Assembly: GCA_039810045.1 (NCBI GenBank)
Contig: JBDHWF010000001.1
Span: forward strand, 846 to 64,845
Length of the DNA: 64,000 bases
Reading direction: 5' to 3'
DNA from: Chloroflexia bacterium
GTDB lineage: Bacteria; Chloroflexota; Chloroflexia; Thermomicrobiales; CADCWN01
Of the stretch, positions 57,977 through 64,000 are shown in pieces. Within the stretch, counting starts at the first letter, position 1. Every line of letters begins with the position of its first letter. The notes beneath the pieces are model-generated. The model did not search any database and was not told the origin of the DNA. It saw only the letters and a program-made list of their open reading frames with translations. Position numbers and translations under genes: made by a program.

Positions 57977-59608
57977 TTATCGCTTGTACTTCTTAATCGA
58001 ATCGTCCTTCGCCGTGGCATCAGCAATATCCTGGGCTTTGGTGATGAAATCGGCTGGAGACAGCTTCTTCGCCATCATCGCCCCAAGCTGATCTTTGATA
58101 TCATCGCCCATCTTCTTGTACCAGCCGGCAAACTGGTAGATGAAAGTATTGTTGCCAGCAGCGTCCGACACCTTCTTCACCGAAGCAAACGCCGAGCCAA
58201 GGTCAAGCCCTTCAGCACTTCCCTGAACCACCGTCAACGACTTGGTGTTCTCAGCGAAGAAGCGTCCACCCTGCTTCGAGAAAAGAATCCGCATGAATTC
58301 CTTACCGCCCGGCACGTTTTTGCCTTTAGACGGCACAATGAATCCTTCACCCGCAGAAGCCTGAATCCCCTCGAACGGCACCTTATCACTGCTGCTCAGC
58401 GAAGGGATCGGCATCACAGCCATGTTGAAGCCATCGGGGATCTGGCCTTTCATCTCGTTTTCCAGCCAGGAGCCGCATGGGATGAAAACAGCTTTGCCCT
58501 TCAGCCATTCCGACTGCGACTCAGTGTGGCTCAGCCCTTCTGAACCGGGCATAATATAGCCCTTATCGATCAGCTGATAGAGCGCTTCGGCAGCAGCCTT
58601 TACTTCTGGCTGCTTCCAGGCGTTGGCTTCCAGGTTATCGATCTTCTTGATCGCCTCGATCCCACCTGCCTTGTAGATCATCGGCATCAAGATCATATAC
58701 AGATACTGCGGATATTTCCCGGTGTAGGTAAAGGGCGCAACCCCCGTTTTCTTGATCTCCTCGCAGAGTTTCAACATATCGTCCCAGGTCTTTGGCAGGG
58801 TCCAGTTCTTCTCCTTGATCAGCTTTTCGCTGTACCAGATCCCCGTGACACTGTAGACGTAGTTCAGCACAAACTGCTTGCCATCATACTTGCCAGTATC
58901 CTGCGACCCTGGCAGCAGCGTATCCTTGAACTTTTTCCCTGGGCTGTCGAACGAAGGAGCCTCCATCAGGTCAGCATAGTCAGACAATTGGCCTTCAGCG
59001 ACCAACGCGGCAGTATCCAGATTCCCAGCACCAGAGTTATCGATCGCATCGGGCGGATTGCCACCAACAAAACGTGGCTGTAATTGCTCTTGCAGGCGCT
59101 GAATCCCCTGATGGCTCACCTTCGCCTTTGGGAACATTTTCTGGTAGATCGCTTCGGCATTGATCGCATACTCATCGCCGTAGCCACCTTTGAAGATCAC
59201 GACATCAAGTGGGGCGTCTTCCTTCACTTTCAAAGGATTGACGGCTTCCCCAGTGGGCATCGTTGCAGCCCCGCCACTGGCGGCTGGCGTGCCACTGCCA
59301 CCGGGTGTGGCTGAACCAGCGGCGCTGGCTGCCGTGGATGGTGCCGCACTCGCCGCCGCAGATGGCGCGGTACTCGCTGCGGCTGACGGGGCAGCACTCG
59401 CCGCCTTCGAGGGCGCCGCGCTGGCTGCCGGAGCGGTCGAGCTACTGCCCGTAGTCGGGGTGGTCGTTGTCTCACCACAGGCGGCGAGAATCATGCCGAT
59501 GGTCGAGGCGGAAAAGCCCAGAATCGCTGCTCGCCGTGTAATTTCGCGTCGTGAATACCGTTGCTGGATCGCTTCTTGAATAAAACTGGTAACTTGTTGG
59601 TTTTCCAT
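57977..59608 (-). CDS. extracellular solute-binding lipoprotein of the sugar ABC transporter
   Basis: Tat-like signal plus lipobox (SRREITRRAAILGFSASTIGMILAACG), then a long Ala/Pro/Ser/Thr linker and an SBP_bac_1-like body. ATG 59608 follows GGAGGAG. Confidence 0.85.
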   Translation of the reverse strand: MENQQVTSFIQEAIQQRYSRREITRRAAILGFSASTIGMILAACGETTTTPTTGSSSTAPAASAAPSKAASAAPSAAASTAPSAAASAAPSTAASAAGSATPGGSGTPAASGGAATMPTGEAVNPLKVKEDAPLDVVIFKGGYGDEYAINAEAIYQKMFPKAKVSHQGIQRLQEQLQPRFVGGNPPDAIDNSGAGNLDTAALVAEGQLSDYADLMEAPSFDSPGKKFKDTLLPGSQDTGKYDGKQFVLNYVYSVTGIWYSEKLIKEKNWTLPKTWDDMLKLCEEIKKTGVAPFTYTGKYPQYLYMILMPMIYKAGGIEAIKKIDNLEANAWKQPEVKAAAEALYQLIDKGYIMPGSEGLSHTESQSEWLKGKAVFIPCGSWLENEMKGQIPDGFNMAVMPIPSLSSSDKVPFEGIQASAGEGFIVPSKGKNVPGGKEFMRILFSKQGGRFFAENTKSLTVVQGSAEGLDLGSAFASVKKVSDAAGNNTFIYQFAGWYKKMGDDIKDQLGAMMAKKLSPADFITKAQDIADATAKDDSIKKYKR

Positions 59609-59887
59609 AAACTCCTCCAAAGTATCCGAGAAAACGCCCCGTACACATCCCCATCCCTAGCAGCAGACACGCAAGAAGTACCTTACCAGTTACTCCCCCA
59701 AGTAACCGACTCTGCGCCACCTTGCCTACTAGTCAGATCTATTGTAATGCACACTGACCAAGTTCGCAATCTCAATTACCAACTGTTATGTCAATCAACA
59801 ATTCATACGGTTATACCTGCAAGCAATTTCGCACAACGTGGTACGATGCACCTACTAGCAGTAGGAGCAGGTATTGATGGAGGACCG

Positions 59888-61006
59888 ATGACACTCTGGA
59901 CCTATCGTTGTGAACGCTGCGGGCAAACAGCCTCACTCGATGCCGCAATTTGGCGGTGTGCAGCCTGTGGCGGAGCATTAGCCCTTGACGGGCCGCAGCA
60001 GCTTGATCCAGCCACGATTGATCAGCAGCAACACACGCTCTGGCGCTATGCAGCGGTTCTGCCAGTCGCGCAAGCATATGCCCGCTCGCTCGGCGAAGGA
60101 ATGACCCCACTGGTAGCTGGCACGCTGGCCGGACAACCAGTCTGGTTCAAGCACGATGCCCTCTTACCAACTGGTTCGTTCAAAGATCGGGGGGCAGCCG
60201 TCCTCACCGCCCACCTGCGCCGCCTGGGGTTATCCAGGGTAATTGTTGATTCATCGGGCAATGCTGCAGCAGCGATGGCCGGATACAGCGCCGCCACTGG
60301 CCTCGACTGCACCGTCTTTGCTCCAGCTACCACTTCGCCAGGAAAACTCGTGCAGTCACGGGCCTCTGGCGCGACGGTTGTCCTCGTCACTGGGGATCGC
60401 GAAGCGGTCGCCCGCGCCGCGCAGGACGCCGCCGCTGCCGATCCCACCGCGTTCTATGCCAGCCATAACTGGCATCCTGTCTTTGTGGAAGGCGTCAAAA
60501 CGTGGGCGTTGGAAGTGTGGGAGCAACTCGATCGCCAATCGCCATCAGCGGTCTTCGTCCCAACTGGTGGCGGCAGTGCCTTTGTGGGGGCCTGGCGCGG
60601 CTTCAGTGCAGTTGGCGCGCTGCCCCCGTTAGTCGCGGTACAGCCCGCCGCCTGTGCGCCAATCGTCGCCGCATTCGCCCATGGCGCACCGATGGTCACG
60701 ACGCCGGGAACGACCATGGCCGAAGGAACCAAAATTGGCGCACCCGCCCGCCCGCAACAGATCCTTGATGCGCTCCATTCTTCTGGCGGCTGGGCCACGG
60801 CTGTCAGCGAAGAACAACTGATTGCGGCATTGCGCGAACTGTGGAGCCAGGGGCTGTATGTTGAGCCAACGTCAGCGATTGCTGCTGCCGCCTGTCGCAC
60901 CTACCTTGAAACAGCCACTAACCCACCCACCAGCCCACCAGTCGTCTTACTGACTGGCTCGGGCCTGAAGGCGACTGACACGATCGCCAAACTCGTCGCC
61001 ACATGA
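59888..61006 (+). CDS. threonine-synthase-like PLP enzyme with an N-terminal Cys4 zinc-ribbon
   Basis: YRCERCG...WRCAACG ribbon and PLP-lysine motif LLPTGSFKDRG. ATG 59888 follows GGAGGA. The upstream part of the ORF-track frame is judged to be non-coding. Confidence 0.75.
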   Translation: MTLWTYRCERCGQTASLDAAIWRCAACGGALALDGPQQLDPATIDQQQHTLWRYAAVLPVAQAYARSLGEGMTPLVAGTLAGQPVWFKHDALLPTGSFKDRGAAVLTAHLRRLGLSRVIVDSSGNAAAAMAGYSAATGLDCTVFAPATTSPGKLVQSRASGATVVLVTGDREAVARAAQDAAAADPTAFYASHNWHPVFVEGVKTWALEVWEQLDRQSPSAVFVPTGGGSAFVGAWRGFSAVGALPPLVAVQPAACAPIVAAFAHGAPMVTTPGTTMAEGTKIGAPARPQQILDALHSSGGWATAVSEEQLIAALRELWSQGLYVEPTSAIAAAACRTYLETATNPPTSPPVVLLTGSGLKATDTIAKLVAT

Positions 61007-61060
61007 GCAGCGGCATACAATAAGTAGCATGAATGACCTCGCCTAGAGAAAGGAACGTTG

Positions 61061-62149
61061 ATGAAGCGCTATCCCATTCCACTTGTCCCTGGCCCGGTCA
61101 CGGTCGCCGCCAATACGCTGGCTGCCTACGGCTACAACTATGGTTCATCCGACCTGGAACCAGAGTTTCTCACCTGCTACCAGGAAACGGGGAAACTGCT
61201 TGGCGAGATTATGCTGACGCGCAATGACGTCGTGATCGCCCTGGGCGAAGCGATGGTTGTACTCTGGGGTACCATCAAGAGTACGCTTGGCCCTGGCGAT
61301 CGACTGCTGGCCATTTCCAGCGGCCTCTTTGGGGCGGGCTTCGCGGAGATGGCCCAGGCAGTCGGAGCCGATGTACGCCTGGTGGAGTATCCCTGGAACG
61401 AAGTACCAGACCCCGATCGCGTTGCTGCCGCTGCCCGTGAGTACCAGCCAACCGTCGTCACGATGGTTCATTGCGAAACCCCCAGTGGCACGATCACCCC
61501 CGTCGAGGCAGTGGGCCAACGGCTCCGCGAGGTGGTACCAGATACCCTCTTTGTCGTCGATGCCGTGGCTGGTATTGGGGGTGCGCCGCTGAACACCGAC
61601 AACGCCGAGATCGATTTCTGCCTGCTTGGCTCGCAGAAATGTCTCTCCACTGTGCCTGATCTGGGGATCGTTTCGGTCAGTGAGCGCGGCTGGAAACAGG
61701 TAGAACAGGTCAATTACATCGGCTACGATGCGCTGGCACCGTTCCGCACCGCCGTCGAGCGGCACCACTTCCCCTACACCCATTCGTGGCACGCAATGAG
61801 TGCGCTGAATCAGGCTTGCCAGAATCTGCTCGCCGAAGGGCTTTCCGCATCGCACGCCCGCCACAAGCGGATCGCCCAGCAATGGCGCGATAACGCCCGC
61901 GCCCTTGGTCTGACGCTCTATCCAAAGCGGGAGGAAGATGCTGCGCCTACGGTCACGGCAATCAACGTGCCAGACAATCTCGATTGGCCGACTCTCGATG
62001 CCCGCCTCCGCGAACAGGGGATGGTGGTAGGAGGCAACTACGGCCAACTGGCAGGGAAAGTCTTTCGGATTGGGCACATGGGCAACCAGGCGACCGACGC
62101 GCTGCTTGAACAGGGCAGCGCAGCGTTGAAAGCCGCCCTACACCAGTAA
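61061..62149 (+). CDS. class V aminotransferase (serine-pyruvate/alanine-glyoxylate type)
   Basis: PGPV start, HCETPSGT, and the SQKCL PLP-lysine region. Confidence 0.8.
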   Translation: MKRYPIPLVPGPVTVAANTLAAYGYNYGSSDLEPEFLTCYQETGKLLGEIMLTRNDVVIALGEAMVVLWGTIKSTLGPGDRLLAISSGLFGAGFAEMAQAVGADVRLVEYPWNEVPDPDRVAAAAREYQPTVVTMVHCETPSGTITPVEAVGQRLREVVPDTLFVVDAVAGIGGAPLNTDNAEIDFCLLGSQKCLSTVPDLGIVSVSERGWKQVEQVNYIGYDALAPFRTAVERHHFPYTHSWHAMSALNQACQNLLAEGLSASHARHKRIAQQWRDNARALGLTLYPKREEDAAPTVTAINVPDNLDWPTLDARLREQGMVVGGNYGQLAGKVFRIGHMGNQATDALLEQGSAALKAALHQ

Positions 62150-62169
62150 CCAACCCAGCGCGGGACAGC

Positions 62170-63960
62170 CTAGCGTGTTGACCAGATCAGCGTGCTATAG
62201 CTGCCCCGATTGCTGATCTGGGTCAGGCCCGGATCGGTGGGGCCAAGCGGATTCCCGCCACGGGGTTGCAGCAAATAGAGCCCCGTGCCCGTCAGCATCG
62301 CAATCTGCTGCCCATTCGCCGCCCACGCTGGGCGGGGATCGTCCGCGTTGAGCGCGGTGATGCGGGTCAATTTGCCAGTGGCAACCGCAACCAACCAGAG
62401 GTCGGCGGGCAACCCATGTGCGGCCACGGCGGGCGGTTGGAACGGCGCGATCAGCCACGCCCACGCCCGCTGCGTCCAGGATAACGCCACGCGATCCCCT
62501 GGGGCAGTCGCTGCAGCAGGGCCACCAGCAGCCGCAAAGATGATCTGGTGGCCGTCGGGCGAAAAGCGCGGGGTGCTGATCTCCAGAAATTGCGGCGCGG
62601 TACTAACCAATTCACGCCCGCCACGACCATCGCTATCAGCGAGCCAGAGGCTCGGCTGATACGTTTGCGGATCAATCCGCACGTAGGCCAGAGCCGCCCC
62701 AGCGGTCGTCGGGTTCTTCGCGTCGCCGATTATGGTTGCCCGTTTGCCCGTAGCAAGGTCCAGTCGCTGCACTTCCTTCAGTGAATTGACATACCGTCCC
62801 TGGGCATCAATCACTGGTGTGGTCGCGCTGAGCAGCAGCGATTGGCCATCGGCGGCCCAGGCGAATCCTTCCAGCAACACCCCTGGCTGCTCATGCTGAT
62901 AAATCTGGCGCGGATTGCCTCCATCGCTGTTGATCAACCAGATATCGCTGCCCGGTAATGGTGGTGGGGTGGTGATCGGTGTGGCTGTCGCTGCTGGAAT
63001 TACCAGAACACTGTATGCAATCGTTGCACCATCGGGCGACAAAGCTGGATCGCCAGCATAACTATTCTGCCGACGGTCTGGCAGGAGATTGCGCGGCGGG
63101 CCACCAGGCAAGTCAATTGCCCACAACGTCCCATCAGCAGCATAGATCAGCCTGCCTGCGCCAGCAGACACAGGAGTTGCGGGTTGCGTAGCAGGCGCAC
63201 GACTGGTCGTGCTGGACGCTGCTGGTATGGCGGGCGTATTGAGCCTGCTTTGCGCCGTTGGTGAAGGCGGCAGGGCTGGTTGGTTCGGCGTTGCTGACGG
63301 CAACGGCGTAGCCCCAACAGCAGTCAACGGGTTGAACTGCCGCAGATAGTTCACCAGATCCCACTGCTCAGCTTCGCTAAACGTCTGTCCCCAGGCTGGC
63401 ATTGCCGAGCCAGGAAAGCCATTGCGAATCGCATTGAACAGATAGCCATCACTATGGGAAGCCGTGTGCGGCAAGGCCATATCGGGTGGACGGGGATTCA
63501 GGACGGCGGCTTGCGGGCCATCGCCACGACCAGTGACGCCATGACAAACCACACAGTTCGTCGCGAAAATAGTTCGCCCGCGTTCAATCGAAGCGCTGCT
63601 GACTGGTACTGGATTGGTTGGTTCCGGCACCCGCCCCACGATCGCCTCGGTTGGGTCGGCGGTATAGACCAGATAGCCGCCAGTGATCAGCGCCGTTGGC
63701 ACCAGCAGTAATAACACTGTGCCCGTCATTGCGCCCCGCCGAAAGAGCTGTACGCCCCCAACAGCGCAGCCTAGCCCCACCACAATGATGAGCAGCCCCA
63801 CCCCGCGCAACGAATTCAACTGCCCAAGGGATGGTGCAGTCAGTTGCGGTCCAGCCGCTTCCAGGTTTGCCGTAGAGCCAATCGGGAAAATGAACCGTTG
63901 CTGTAGTTCAGGGGCATTGGTTCGCTGCACTAGAGCCAGTAACTCCCAGCGTCCACTCAT
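62170..63960 (-). CDS. membrane-anchored c-type cytochrome fused to a TolB-like (PD40) beta-propeller
   Basis: TM segments come first. A heme motif CVVCHG follows, with downstream GSAMPAWG (Met ligand region). After a Pro/Thr/Ala linker come repeats of the SPDG type (LSPDGATIAYS, FSPDGHQIIFA, PAWAANGQQIAM). Confidence 0.65.
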   Translation of the reverse strand: MSGRWELLALVQRTNAPELQQRFIFPIGSTANLEAAGPQLTAPSLGQLNSLRGVGLLIIVVGLGCAVGGVQLFRRGAMTGTVLLLLVPTALITGGYLVYTADPTEAIVGRVPEPTNPVPVSSASIERGRTIFATNCVVCHGVTGRGDGPQAAVLNPRPPDMALPHTASHSDGYLFNAIRNGFPGSAMPAWGQTFSEAEQWDLVNYLRQFNPLTAVGATPLPSATPNQPALPPSPTAQSRLNTPAIPAASSTTSRAPATQPATPVSAGAGRLIYAADGTLWAIDLPGGPPRNLLPDRRQNSYAGDPALSPDGATIAYSVLVIPAATATPITTPPPLPGSDIWLINSDGGNPRQIYQHEQPGVLLEGFAWAADGQSLLLSATTPVIDAQGRYVNSLKEVQRLDLATGKRATIIGDAKNPTTAGAALAYVRIDPQTYQPSLWLADSDGRGGRELVSTAPQFLEISTPRFSPDGHQIIFAAAGGPAAATAPGDRVALSWTQRAWAWLIAPFQPPAVAAHGLPADLWLVAVATGKLTRITALNADDPRPAWAANGQQIAMLTGTGLYLLQPRGGNPLGPTDPGLTQISNRGSYSTLIWSTR

Positions 63961-64000
63961 CGAAATATAGGGGCCACTGGCAAGGTAATGCCCATCGCCG

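Noticed and set aside
59290-59440. Quasi-periodic ~24-nt DNA repeats (also seen at 13330-13420).
   Set aside because: They encode the Ala/Pro/Ser/Thr low-complexity linkers of lipoproteins (AAPSAAAS...), in frame within good CDSs. They are not a CRISPR or other non-coding repeat array.
59561-59887. N-terminal extension of the threonine-synthase-like ORF (481-aa version).
   Set aside because: The extension has an unprotein-like composition and overlaps the SBP gene start region. ATG 59888 has a GGAGGA SD and begins exactly at the conserved zinc-ribbon.
61145-62077. 310-aa minus-strand ORF.
   Set aside because: It is antisense to the class V aminotransferase gene, and it has no SD and no motifs.

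Overview
GC-rich bacterial chromosomal segment. I ran no database searches or computations; all calls come from reading the sequence and ORF translations. Gene content and regulatory style suggest a Chloroflexota-like organism (inference, low confidence): an RFN-controlled two-gene RibXY-type importer, Ala/Pro/Ser-rich lipoprotein linkers, many GT-C membrane glycosyltransferases, and frequent TTGACA-17-TAnnnT promoters. Most of the window is ordinary metabolism. It holds a SAM-I riboswitch-controlled methyl-cycle operon (PfkB adenosine-kinase-like, ahcY, metK), aroB, and an NtrC-type regulator. It also holds an FMN riboswitch-controlled ABC importer, a GH29 fucosidase/fucose-oxidation cluster, and an OmpR/HK pair beside a GtrA-GT2-GT39 glycosylation operon. 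Further along are a CMD/AhpD x3 + flavin reductase + acyl-CoA-dehydrogenase-like cluster, an ABC-2 exporter, a sugar ABC importer, a threonine-synthase-like/aminotransferase pair and a cytochrome c-TolB-like fusion. Two loci stand out. (1) 9460-10534 is a self-contained bicistron. It has a consensus promoter, a perfect GAAC-N4-GTTC (LexA/Cheo-type) palindrome at the predicted transcription start, a Rad52/DdrA/Sak-like annealing-protein candidate, an 81-aa helical protein and a strong terminator. (2) About 21.65-23.6 kb is an AT-richer islet abutting the 3' end of tRNA-Gly(GCC). It carries an orphan, decaying 37-nt-repeat CRISPR mini-array (no cas genes in the window). A 369-bp insertion with a small SD-preceded ORF sits between the last two degenerate repeats. 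The islet also has a repeated AGTTGCGAA motif and an excisionase-type HTH fusion gene. I recognised no integrase, transposase, cas or prophage structural genes.
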